Assembly (NCBI RefSeq): GCF_001194135.2
Contig: NC_068991.1
Location: 57,534,500 to 57,570,778, forward strand
Length of the DNA stretch: 36,279 nucleotides
Origin: Octopus bimaculoides
Lineage: Eukaryota
Direction of reading: 5' to 3'
The notes below the pieces were generated by a model. That model was not told the DNA's origin and searched no databases. It worked only from the letters and a program-made list of their open reading frames with translations. The position numbers were made by a program, and so were the translations under genes. Shown here piece after piece: positions 1 to 11,440 of the stretch; positions within the stretch are counted from its first letter, which is position 1; each line of letters begins with the position of its first letter.

Positions 1-44
<44 letters not shown>
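1..44. repeat. (TG)n microsatellite
   Basis: Perfect TG run at the window start. Confidence 0.98.
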
Positions 45-48
<4 letters not shown>

Positions 49-178
49 TGTTAACTCCGACCGTTTCTCATTTCTCTAAATCCTTCTCGTCTTTCTGTTT
101 AATTATTTGAAGTTTTTCCAACTTCTTTTTCTTGGTCTTCTATTGTTTCTTTTCCTTTGTTATTCTTTCCTGCGTATA

Positions 179-452
179 TTCTTCTTCTTCTTCTTCTTCT
201 TCTTCTTCTTCTTCTTCTTCTTCTTCTTCTTCTTCTTCCTTTCTTCTTCTTCTTCTTCTTCTTCTTCTTTCTTCTCTCTTCTTTCTTCTTCTTCTTCTTC
301 TTCTTCTTCTTTATTCTTCTTCTTCTTCTTCTTCTTCTTCTTTCTTCTTCATCTTCTTCTTCTTCTTCTTCTTCTTCTTCTTCTTCTNNNNNNNNNNTCT
401 TCTTCTTTCTTCTTCATCTTCTTCTTCTTCTTCTTCTTCTTCTTCTTCTTCT
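179..452. repeat. (TTC)n / (GAA)n microsatellite
   Basis: Long near-perfect TTC run with a 10-N gap at 388-397; it explains the poly-F/S/L ORFs at 107-630. Confidence 0.97.
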
Positions 453-679
453 TTTTCTTCTTGCTCTCTCTCTCCCTCCATACGATCACCCCCTCCCTTT
501 GAGGCATTCTGTTTTTACTCTTCACTTCATAATTATTTTTAATCTCATTCTTTTTAAGATATCGCTTGGAGACCCTTTTCCCTTTCTCTTTCTTTTTCTC
601 TCGTTTCTTTCCTACATTTTCCCATCTTGAATTCTTTTTGCTCATTTCTTTTCTGTTTCTTTTTCCTTTCTCCGTTTCT

Positions 680-819
680 TTCTTTCTTTCGGCCTTTCTT
701 CCTTCTTTCAATTATTCTTTCTTTCTTTCGGCCTTTCTTCTCCAATTATTCTTTCTTCCTTCTTTCAATTATTCTTTCTTTCTTTCGGCCTTTCTTCTCC
801 AATTATTCTTTCTTCCTTC

Positions 820-870
<51 letters not shown>
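680..870. repeat. Pyrimidine-rich minisatellite (~57-bp duplication) grading into (TTTC)n
   Basis: ttcggcctttctt recurs at about 688, 727 and 784; the block at about 701-757 is repeated at about 758-814; (TTTC)n follows to about 870. Confidence 0.9.
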
Positions 871-1397
871 TGTCAGTGGCTCTCTCTCAATCATTATCCA
901 TTCATCGACCTTACTTAATCGACCTAACTCCTTCTCTTCCTGTTATTTCTCACAATCTGTTTGTTCTGCTTCTCTTTATAGGTTAATGTCTGAATAAGAA
1001 AGTTAGTCTCTTATGATCGCTGCAGTCACAGTCCCTTTCATGTAGAGAAACATTTACAAATGGCGACGCTGGCTGTTTTGACATAAATGTCTTTGATCGT
1101 AAAGGGAGATAACTGCATCTTAATCGGGATTTAAGTCAAATGAACAGGAAGTGCATGAAAGGGTGAAAGGACACAGGAGGTATTTAAAAGAAATAAAAGG
1201 AAAAAGGCGAGAATTATAGTGATCATAATTATGGTGGTGGTGGTGGTGGTAGTAGTAGTAGTAATAGTAGTAGTAGTAAAATAATACGCAGAGCGAAAAT
1301 TATAATTATATGGAACTCAAACAAAGACGAGGCTGATTGTACTACTGATGATGATGAAGACGAGACAAAATCTGATAGGAATAAAACTGAACGCTAT

Positions 1398-1400
1398 TAA

Positions 1401-1458
<58 letters not shown>
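1398..1458. repeat. (TTA)n microsatellite
   Basis: Perfect trinucleotide run. Confidence 0.97.
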
Positions 1459-1460
<2 letters not shown>

Positions 1461-1463
1461 AAA

Positions 1464-1650
1464 CACGGCGAGCTGTCAGAATCTTAGCGGTATTTCGCCC
1501 GTCACTACGTTCTGAGTTCAAATTGCGCCGAAGTCGACTTTGCCTTTCATTCTTTCAGGGTCAACAAACTAAGTACCAGTGAAAAGCCGGAATCGATGTA
1601 ATCGGCAAATCCCCTCCCAACAAATCTGAGGCCTTTTGCCTCCACTAAAA
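1464..1650 (+). mobile_element. SINE family B, copy 1
   Basis: ggcgagctgtcagaatc head, gagttcaaatt B-box-like motif, and core gtcgactttgcctttcattctttcagggtcaacaaactaagtaccag (1533-1579) shared with copies at 3166, 20552 (minus) and 28035. Confidence 0.85.
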
Positions 1651-1956
1651 AGGATTATTATTATNNNNNNNNNNNNNNNNNNNNNNNNNNNNNNNNNNNN
1701 NNNNNNNNNNNNNNNNNNNNNNNNNNNNNNNNNNNNNNNNNNNNNNNNNNNNNNNNNNNNNNNNNNNNNNNNNNNNNNNNNNNNNNNNNNNNNNNNNNNN
1801 NNNNNNNNNNNNNNNNNNNNNNNNNNNNNNNNNNNNNNNNNNNNNNNNNNNNNNNNNNNNNNNNNNNNNNNNNNNNNNNNNNNNNNNNNNNNNNNNNNNN
1901 NNNNNNNNNNNNNNNNNNNNNNNNNNNNNNNNNNNNNNNNNNNNNNNNNNNNNNNN

Positions 1957-2500
1957 GGTTTTACAAGTGGACAATTAAATAAAAATTCAATGGGGACATA
2001 TATGACGTCAGGCATGATAACAGTAGTTCGACAGAACTTACAGAACATTTTGCATCAAACGGCTGCAAGTTTGAAAAAGACTTGAAAGTGCATATTCTCA
2101 AAAAATATTCTGAATTTGCTTCACTTTCAGTACTCAAAATGCATGAGAAAAAATATGTTTGCGGGTTATTAACATCACGCCCTGAAGGAATGAATAAAAT
2201 GACAGGAGAATTTCGCCATATTAACACAAAACTGTTTGATTAAATATTCTTCCACGTTTTCTTTTGCTTTGCTTCTCTTCTTTTGTTTTTCTTTCATTTT
2301 GTTTTTATTAGTTGTAAACTTCAAATTTGAAGACTGATGATGTCATTCCACCAATGTGAGACGCTGGCTGCTCTCGTTCATATTCTAGATTTGAAAATCT
2401 ATAACTTTGAATTTTTATCACTTTTCATTTTGAACTGGACAAAGACACGCTAGCTGTCGAAATGGCGTTCAACCAGTAAAATTTCTATTGCAATCGCATT
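1957..2500 (+). mobile_element. Penelope-like retroelement 3' end (GIY-YIG endonuclease C-terminal half plus terminal region)
   Basis: With one frameshift in the A-run at 1981-1985 it reads GFTSGQLNK/KFNGDIYDVRHDNSSSTELTEHFASNGCKFEKDLKVHILKK...LKMHEKKYVCGLLTSRPEGMN...* (stop 2241-2243). This fits the G.T...L..RF..H...HF...L.V.IL...E...L.T..P.G.N pattern of Penelope-type GIY-YIG endonucleases. The 5' part is hidden by the N gap at 1665-1956. Confidence 0.75.
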
Positions 2501-2519
2501 GTGCTCCTCGTATTGTCTG

Positions 2520-2525
2520 TTGTTG

Positions 2526-2580
<55 letters not shown>

Positions 2581-3150
2581 CATTATTATTATTATTATTA
2601 TTATTATCATTATTATTATTATTGAGTGAAAAAGCTGTGCATGCTATCAAAGTGACACTGAGGTAAAATATACGAAGTCCATTATACCCATCATGACAAC
2701 TCGTCTGATATGGATACACGAAGCACATGCATCAATATAAACAGCACCTGACCTTCAGGTGGGTCCAAGTTAGAATATTCTACAGGGCGAGTAGCCCATC
2801 ATGCTTAAAAGGTCGCTGAATAAGGGTTGTTTAAGAATGTTGAACAAAACACACGTTTCGAAAGATGAATTATTCAAACCCCAAAGAACTCCTCTCAGCA
2901 CTATGATTCTCCCCCCCCCACTACTTCTGCTCGTGATCACAGATGCACATATAGTCGTCCCCTAAGGAACATGCTCAACTGGTTAAGGCCAAACAACTGA
3001 CAAACAGAATATTGAGCAGAATATTTGCTGTAATCCATCTTTTATACCGAGACAAAACAATGTATATGATAACACTTCTAATCAGTTGAGATGAGAAGCC
3101 ATGAGAGTCACTGCCTGGTACTGCATCATTTCTACATCATTTCTATTTGT
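2520..3150 (-). mobile_element. Unclassified interspersed element family C with (AAT)n tail, copy 1
   Basis: Sequence 2623-2730 (gagtgaaaaagctgtgcatgctatcaaagtgacactgaggtaaaatatacgaagtccattatacccatcatgac) closely matches 25046-25150; both abut an (ATT)n run on the same side. The far boundary near 3150 is approximate. Confidence 0.8.
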
Positions 3151-3165
3151 GCTATTATGTGTATT

Positions 3166-3310
3166 GAAGTGGCGAGCTGGTAGAGACGTTAGAACGTCAG
3201 ACATAAGGCGTAAGAGCTTTTCTTCTGGGTTTCTACGCCCTGAGTTTAAATACCACAAAGGTTAACTTTACCTTTCATCCTTTCGGAGTTGATAAAATAA
3301 AATACCTGAC
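3166..3310 (+). mobile_element. SINE family B, copy 2 (diverged)
   Basis: ggcgagctggtagagacgttag...gagtttaaatacc...ctttacctttcatcctttcggagttgataaaataaaatacc matches the family B core. Confidence 0.8.
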
Positions 3311-3345
3311 AAATCATTATTTTTTGACGCTCTAAAGTTTTTACC

Positions 3346-3346
<1 letters not shown>

Positions 3347-3409
<63 letters not shown>

Positions 3410-3410
3410 T

Positions 3411-3465
<55 letters not shown>

Positions 3466-3479
3466 TTAATAATAATAAT
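3347..3479. repeat. (AAT)n microsatellite
   Basis: Near-perfect AAT run. Confidence 0.97.
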
Positions 3480-3599
3480 TCCGTTTTATTAGCCACAAGG
3501 ACCACGAAAATCATTAAAAAACAACAGATAGTGCAGATGTGTGTAGAAACTTTTATATAGTAAAACAATGGCATTTACCAAAAATTCTAACAAAATATT

Positions 3600-5330
3600 T
3601 CTTAAATATGAGCAAACGCTTCCCAGACGAAATCGGAGAAACCTTCAGATCCCTATTTACAAGGATTACCATAACAAGTACTCCACTCTCTTCCATATTC
3701 CTCATTTTACAGGCACGTGATTAGAGTAGATTCTTTCACTCGTGCCATCCTCGCTACATTCACCCATACTTCAACATTTTTTTCTTTCCTAGTGAAACTT
3801 GAAAATACTGAATGAGGGCTTGACCGTAAATTAATGTGTTTGTCTTTCAGTCGCATCTACCATTCAAGCTTTATTCATTACAGTCACAGGAAAACTGACT
3901 GCGCTTCTCAGCTAAAAGCAAGCAATGGGGAAAACTTCAAGATGGATCGAATGTCATACAGTTCATAACTGCTGTTCGACACAAATCCATATGTCAACAA
4001 TGTTCGAGTACTGCATGAGTGCTTGCTGGACGGTTTCGACGCTCTGCGTGCAGCTCGGTTAATCGCTCTCTGAACGCACTCTCATGCCTATAGAGTGTAT
4101 CCCACTGCCAGGCAAGGGATTAGTGGAAACTATCCGTGGGTCACTGCCTCAAATTCGTCCGGAAAAGACCTGCCGCTTCAATTTCATCGACGCCTAGAAT
4201 TTCCCCGTGGACCTCGTCATTCGTCAGCACCACAAATCCGCTATAGAAAGCCATGGTGGAAAATTTATAGATACCATTGCCCGAGTGGCTGAGAGTTACG
4301 AGCTCGTGACGGTACTCTAGATCCTCGGTCTAAAGTTGATTCAGGACTGCAGCTCTGCCAAAGAAACAAGCTTCGGAAAAACGGGTTTATCAAAGTTCGA
4401 GAAGATACACTCTCCTTCTAGGAAACCCAGAAGATGTTGTAGTATCAGTGCATGCCTGCACATCATTTGCAATGACATGCACTGTCTTCTATGCTGCGGA
4501 TGGTGACATTAAGTGAAACACCTGACCTGTGGAATGCACATTTCTTCACAGACAGTAGAGGAGCAAGCGCTCCATTTTGGTTAGACATGACACGGAGTAA
4601 GGAGACGACGGTCAGATGATAGTAGGTGACGGCTGCAATATAGGCATTTGCTTCATTCAGGGATAGTTTCCTCTTAGTCCATTTCTGGGCAAAATTAGCC
4701 ACAATACCCTTCGTTTCTTCTCAGTTCTTGTCTAACTAGAGGTCAAAGCCAAACTATACCAAACTCCAACTAATTTAACCGGTCTGTTGAGTGTCCTACG
4801 ACTCAGTTGGACGGTATTGAGCTGACTTTTCCAAGTACCTGATTACATACCAAACGAATTCACTTGCTTAACACTTGCTCCAGTCAATACCTCATTTTTC
4901 TTAAAATAGTGCTGACCACTTCGATATGTTTGACATTATAATGTTTATATCGTCCACATATGCAAACAGGGATCTTCTATATTCTTATTTTCACCGTGAG
5001 CCTCCCCACTGAAGTATTTAACTTATGCAACAGTAGATCTAGTGTCAATACGTACAAAAAAAGAAGCGAGAGGGCACTTTGACTGCTCAATCGCTTGATA
5101 CGGAAGGATTCTCAGCAGTAGCCCTTTATTCTGAACACTGGGTACAATTCATCTTATCTTGCAGCGATTCAGCTTCTAAAGACGGATCCGAAACTGGCTG
5201 CATTGAGGACAGATGCCAAGTATTGATAATCGACCGCATCAAAAGCTCTTGCAGCATAACCTATGCCAGGTTATTTGCCCAATATTCCTATGATATAGTG
5301 TGTCTTTGGCTTCTAATTCGAGGCCAACAT
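3600..5330 (-). mobile_element. Decayed Tx1/L1-clade LINE ORF2 (RT to C-terminus), 5'-truncated
   Basis: The minus strand gives RAFDAVDYQYLASVLNAASFGSVF (about 5175-5245), FAYVDDI (about 4945-4965), GTWK...VKLVGVW...LDKN, ANFAQKWTKRKLSL.EANAYIAAVTYYHLTVVS (ORF 4463-4702), ETVQQALMQ...W..VEQ and GQALIQYF. These are collinear with the + copy at 25172-27010, with many stops and frameshifts. Confidence 0.88.
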
Positions 5331-5884
5331 TTCTTTATGCTAGAAGTTAGTCGGAACCATACATCTTATTACATGACTTCATTATCGTCTCTGGAGGAAT
5401 GGAAAACAAAATTGAACACGACGAAATTTGAAATCTGAACGTAAACAATCAGAACAAATATGGCATTATTTTATCTCCTACTCTGATAACCTTGCCAAAC
5501 CAATGACAATATTAATGGTAAGAAAAATGTTCCAATCTACAATTAGATGAAAACAATTATATTAAATGATTATATATTAAAATATTAAGAAAAAGAACGA
5601 GGGAAATTATAATTAAATATGTTGAAATATAACAAGTTAAAAGTATATTAAAAAACATGAATGTTTATAATTAAGTTGGAAATTTTGTGGAGAAGAAATT
5701 TTTGTAGATTTTTCAGGATTATTAAAAATATCTCGATGAGATGAGTTCGTTTGTAAATGGTTGTTGATTAGTGATTGTCAACAACGAAATAGTAACTCGG
5801 TTGTTGAAGAGTATTAAGCAGAAATGGGAAATAGTCACAAAGAGAGTAGCAGCTGCAACAACAAGAACAGGAGCGGCATTACCA

Positions 5885-6115
5885 GTAATAACAACAACAA
5901 CAACAACAAAAAGGCAACGGTACCAACTACAGCAACAATATGGCAGTAACAAGTACAATAACAAAAACATCATTAGCGACAACAAAAGTAGCTCCAACAG
6001 AAACAGTAATGTCATCATCATCATCATCATCGTCGTCATCAACAACAAACAACACCACCACCAACAACAAAAACAACAGCAACAAAAAAAGCAACAATAA
6101 CGACAACGACCTCGA
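5885..6115. repeat. Compound (CAA)/(CAT)/(CAC) trinucleotide low-complexity tract
   Basis: Alternating short trinucleotide runs; source of the homopolymer ORFs at 5722-6257. Confidence 0.9.
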
Positions 6116-6844
6116 GCGAAACTCTAGGGACTGTTATGGCTTTTCTAAAAGTCACAACCAGGAGTATTTAGGGGATGGTGAATTCTTGGGCATTCGAATT
6201 TCCGTGACTGTCACGGTTGGGAAGCCTTTGATTATGAATCTGCTTGAACAAACTTAACTCGACGCAGAAGAAACTTAACCGGGTCGTTCTGTTTACATGA
6301 ACTAGCAGCCAATTCTCCCTCGTATCACATAATATTGCCGCGTTTTAAAATTGGAAAGAAACTCAGATTATGTATTTTGTTAGATAGACTGTGTCTGAAT
6401 ATAAAATATAAAGGGACAGATGGGATATTCAGGGTTGAGATACTTTTGGTAGCTGGTTTAGTCTATCATGGTTGAATTCCAACCAAACAACATCAATAAA
6501 GGCGGCAGCGTAGAATGCAAACCTCAATAGCAACAACTATAGCGGCAAGAAAGACAACATTGATGATAATCGCAGCACGGCACTAACAAAGTAAAACAAA
6601 AAATTAAGTTAAAAATAACAAGCGATTAAAAAATATCAAACAAACGGAGAGATAAAGTAAACAAGCAAATACAAATTACAAAAGGAATGTTTAGAAAATA
6701 AACCAAAAAAAAAAAAAATCAAAAATCAAAATGAATAAATGAAATAATAAAAGATATAAGAACACCCAGACGTGACCCTCTACTCACACACGAAAAAAAT
6801 AATCAACAAAGAAAAGTACAGGATCCTCTCTAGACGCATATATT

Positions 6845-6871
6845 GAGTAGCGAATGCGTGCGTGCGTGCAC

Positions 6872-6922
<51 letters not shown>

Positions 6923-7137
6923 TGTCTGTGTGGATGGGTGGATGTGCATGGGAGTTGAGGTATTTCATTCGGAAACGAAAATATTTGATTAAATTAGGTA
7001 CGAAGTGGAAAATAAAGATGAAAGAGACAAGGAAAGAAAGAAACAAACAAACAAAAAAAAAACCGAAAAATTAAGCAATACTTAATTACATAAATATGTT
7101 AAGGTATATATACGCACACACACGTGCACACACACAT

Positions 7138-7172
<35 letters not shown>

Positions 7173-7512
7173 TATTCATTTGTAAAAGACTAAATTGGAA
7201 CTTAATGAAGTGAAAAGGTTCTACTACTACTACTACTACTACTTCTACTACTACTACTGCTGCTACTGCTACTACTACTGCTGCTGCTGCTGCTGCAATT
7301 GCTATTATTACTGCTACTACGGCTACTAATTCTATCATAACTACTATTAGTACAACTACTTTTACTACTGCTGTTGTGACCGATAATTCTACTACTACTA
7401 CTACTACAATAATAATAATAAGAAGAAGAAGAAGAAGGAGAAGAAAAAGAAGAAGAAGAAGAAGAAGAAGAAGAAGAAGAAGAAGAAGAAGAAGAAGAAG
7501 AAGAAGAAGAAG
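6845..7512. repeat. Microsatellite cluster: (TG)n, (CA)n, (TAC)/(TGC)n, (AAT)n, (GAA)n
   Basis: TG at about 6875-6920, CA at about 7110-7170, TAC/TGC at 7221-7405, AAT then GAA at about 7407-7512. Confidence 0.95.
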
Positions 7513-7740
7513 CGAACGCATTACATCATGAACAAAAGCATGGACAAAATAATTGAATCATGAGATCGGAGATGCGATAAGAGGAAATAAAAATGGTGTG
7601 GGTGAATTAAATTTCAGACACTTAAAATTAAGTAATAGACTGGTATCAATAAATTAGAGACTCTAGTAAAAAATGTTTGTCTAGAATGAGTAGAGTGTCT
7701 ATGTACATATGTTTGTGTTCATGTATGTATTCTTGTATTC

Positions 7741-8130
7741 TTTTACTTGTTTCGGTCATTTGACTGCGGCCATGTTGGACCATTGCTTTAAAGGGGTTTT
7801 AGTCGACCTCAGAACTTATTCCGTGTAAGGACTTATTGTTTGTAATTCTATCGATTTCTTTTGCCGAACTGCTAGGTTTGAAGGGACGTAAACACACCAA
7901 CATCGGTTGTTAAGCGCTGGTGATGGGGTGGGGTGGTGGTGAAGATAGACACACACAGACACACACACACATATATACACATATATATGTTTCCGTCTAC
8001 CAAATACAATCAAGAGGCTTTGATCGGCCCGAGGCTATACCAAAGGATTTGCTCAAAATACCACACAATGGGACGGAACCCGGAACCGTGTGGTTGGGAA
8101 GTTAACTTCTTACAATACAGCCACGCCTGC
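7741..8130 (-). mobile_element. SINE family A, near full length
   Basis: Reverse complement of the family A layout: tRNA-like head (ggaacccggaaccgtgtggttgg on + at about 8075-8098), internal CA/TA microsatellite, gacgtaaacacaccaac block and gtttcggtcatttgactgcggccatg 3' end. Confidence 0.9.
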
Positions 8131-8147
8131 GGCTATGCATGTATGCA

Positions 8148-8148
<1 letters not shown>

Positions 8149-8210
<62 letters not shown>
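8149..8210. repeat. (TC)n microsatellite
   Basis: Perfect TC run. Confidence 0.97.
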
Positions 8211-8217
<7 letters not shown>

Positions 8218-8653
8218 TTAGTTTTAGAGTAAATTTTGACAAGGCACCTACTTGGTAACAAGGTTGTTAAGGAAAGCATCTTGTTTCAATCATCACCCGT
8301 TAAAGATTTTTATAGCCCCAGATATCGTGATCATTTGTAGCATATTCTCTCCCCAAGATCACAACCTCAGCCCCACTGTTGCTCCTGACGTGTTTGTATG
8401 TATCTTGTTTTTTCTAATAATAATAGTTATGAAGCTGAAAGTGCATCCTAGATACTGGATTTGCAAATTGCTTATGTATGTATGTATGCATGTATATATG
8501 TATGTATGTCGCTTCTATTTTTTAATTATTATAAATCTTCCATTCAGGAGGGAGCCGGTTTCGAACAAAGTGACAAGGCTCCATCTTCGGGATGCACACT
8601 CATCATGCACACTCCCACGATCACACAAGCACATAGACAATATATACACACAG

Positions 8654-8687
<34 letters not shown>

Positions 8688-9833
8688 NNNNNNNNNNNNN
8701 NNNNNNNNNNNNNNNNNNNNNNNNNNNNNNNNNNNNNNNNNNNNNNNNNNNNNNNNNNNNNNNNNNNNNNNNNNNNNNNNNNNNNNNNNNNNNNNNNNNN
8801 NNNNNNNNNNNNNNNNNNNNNNNNNNNNNNNNNNNNNNNNNNNNNNNNNNNNNNNNNNNNNNNNNNNNNNNNNNNNNNNNNNNNNNNNNNNNNNNNNNNN
8901 NNNNNNNNNNNNNNNNNNNNNNNNNNNNNNNNNNNNNNNNNNNNNNNNNNNNNNNNNNNNNNNNNNNNNNNNNNNNNNNNNNNNNNNNNNNNNNNNNNNN
9001 NNNNNNNNNNNNNNNNNNNNNNNNNNNNNNNNNNNNNNNNNNNNNNNNNNNNNNNNNNNNNNNNNNNNNNNNNNNNNNNNNNNNNNNNNNNNNNNNNNNN
9101 NNNNNNNNNNNNNNNNNNNNNNNNNNNNNNNNNNNNNNNNNNNNNNNNNNNNNNNNNNNNNNNNNNNNNNNNNNNNNNNNNNNNNNNNNNNNNNNNNNNN
9201 NNNNNNNNNNNNNNNNNNNNNNNNNNNNNNNNNNNNNNNNNNNNNNNNNNNNNNNNNNNNNNNNNNNNNNNNNNNNNNNNNNNNNNNNNNNNNNNNNNNN
9301 NNNNNNNNNNNNNNNNNNNNNNNNNNNNNNNNNNNNNNNNNNNNNNNNNNNNNNNNNNNNNNNNNNNNNNNNNNNNNNNNNNNNNNNNNNNNNNNNNNNN
9401 NNNNNNNNNNNNNNNNNNNNNNNNNNNNNNNNNNNNNNNNNNNNNNNNNNNNNNNNNNNNNNNNNATATATATATATATATACAACACGCATAAACAACA
9501 CGCAACATGCATGAACAATGATAACTTTTACCCACAAACATACACTATACACATGCACAATATTTGATCACAGACACACACGCATATATACACGTTACAT
9601 ACGCACACACGTCAACTCATTCGCCCCCATTGGCACATACACACATACACACACACATTCTCTCATACACAGACACAATTGCGCACCTAAGTCCATTGGG
9701 ATCACCATTATTATTTCGCCTTCATCCAATCTCTGTTTTCTTCTAGTCATCTCGCCATGTTGGACCGCTGAAATCTACACGGCTTTTCTCTCTCCGTTTA
9801 CTTTTTTCATTCTCTCTCCATCTNNNNNNNNNN

Positions 9834-9870
<37 letters not shown>

Positions 9871-10519
9871 TTATTTTATTCATACCCACGTACGCATATG
9901 TAACTGTAGAAGTACGCAAGACTATTAGTTCGAAGCTCATCGTTTTGAAATATCAATCATATCGTGGAATTCTGAACAGATACAAAATAAGCAGATTCTT
10001 TGTCTGAATAGTTTCATTTCCAAAGATAGTAAAAACAGAGAGTGTATGATAAAGCATTTCATTCTTAGACAACTCATTAAAGAATCGATGTTTGCAAAAA
10101 TAGAAATGAGAAGCTGGCGGAGAAATTCGTAATGCAGGAGAGATTTGAAAAATAAATTGGCCGCCACCTACCTATTAAACTTTAATAACTAGAAAATGTT
10201 GAAAAGAAAAGAAGTAGTGGGACGCACTATTGAGATATTTGACAAGGAAAGTAATAAATTCATTGGCAGGGCAGCAATTAAATACTCCAGGAAATGAAGG
10301 TCAATCTTCAAGAGCTAAAACCTGAAAGTAATTGACATACATGTAATGTAAACAGCTATTTTAATGAACATTTAGTAATGTATAAAAATAATCTTTGAAC
10401 GAACAGAGCTTTCTTGAGCTCAACATTGTACATAAGTACACATAAACATACGCACACATACAGATATACTAATATACTTAGAAACGTACAACCGAGCACA
10501 CGCGTACGACATACAAAAA

Positions 10520-10582
10520 AACGTATACATATATACATATATGTCTATGTATGCATGTATGTATATATATATATGTATACAT

Positions 10583-10671
<89 letters not shown>

Positions 10672-10730
10672 CATACATACATACATATATATATGCATAC
10701 AAACTCACACGTAAACATATATATGTGTGT
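10520..10730. repeat. Compound (TA)/(CA)/(TACA) microsatellite
   Basis: Visible dinucleotide runs; source of the YIYI ORFs. Confidence 0.95.
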
Positions 10731-11289
10731 GCAATGAATGGGTTAGCTGTTTTAATGTTCAATGCGATATATTAGAAAGCCTACTAATTTCACGCATGAT
10801 GCATCAAATTTATATTTATGCATTCCACCATTATTCTTAATATTTCGTGTCTTTCATACATTTCCACCGATCTTTATTCTCATCGACCCTGGCATGTTTT
10901 ACTTCCATATTACAATATATACAATAGAACTGTTTATTGTTGTTTAGTTCCAGATGAGGCTTGCACGAAAATGATTTCCGAACAATTACAAGCAAGCATA
11001 CCTTATCCACTCTGTCATCATTGCTTTATGTCCACATATCCTCAAACTGTAGGATGGTAATGAGCGATTTGATGCAGGTTAGTGCGCATTACACATTTGT
11101 AGTCTAAGCATTGCAGCTGAGAAATGACACCGACTAACGGTGCGAGAATCTTAACGCATGTGCATGGCAAATGGTGTCATCTTCCACCATAGGGATATTG
11201 TCTTCGAAGCTTTAGTTTTGGTGGTAAAATCAAATGATTTGATGTACATATTTGTGAGTGTGTATGTGAGTATTTGAGACTTTACATAT

Positions 11290-11440
11290 TTCTGTCAGGC
11301 TTCCGCAGAGGTCACTCACAATTCATTGGTCTGAACTAGAATATTGAAGAAGACACTTGCCCAAGTGCCACGCAGTGAGACCAAATCATCGTCACTACGT
11401 GGTTGCAAAGCGAGTTTCTTAACCAGACATCCATGCCTGT
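11290..11440 (-). mobile_element. SINE family A, 5' fragment
   Basis: agaagacacttgcccaagtgccacgcagtgagac is the reverse complement of the family A accttgggcaagtgtcttct block. Confidence 0.78.

Noticed and set aside
107-997. Multiple 100-157 aa ORFs
   Set aside because: These are translations of TTC/TTTC repeats (poly-F/S/L); no domain.
6130-6480. Possible further interspersed repeat
   Set aside because: It looks repeat-like, but there is no second copy or diagnostic motif in the window to support a call.
8252-9567. Long ORFs of 300-420 aa (similar ones at 15-17 kb, 30-31 kb and 35 kb)
   Set aside because: They are open only because they run through N gaps and TA/CA repeats.
9930-10167. Overlapping open frames of about 67-76 aa on both strands (similar at 28184-28430 and 32201-32584)
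   Set aside because: No recognisable motif or splice signals; lengths are compatible with chance.
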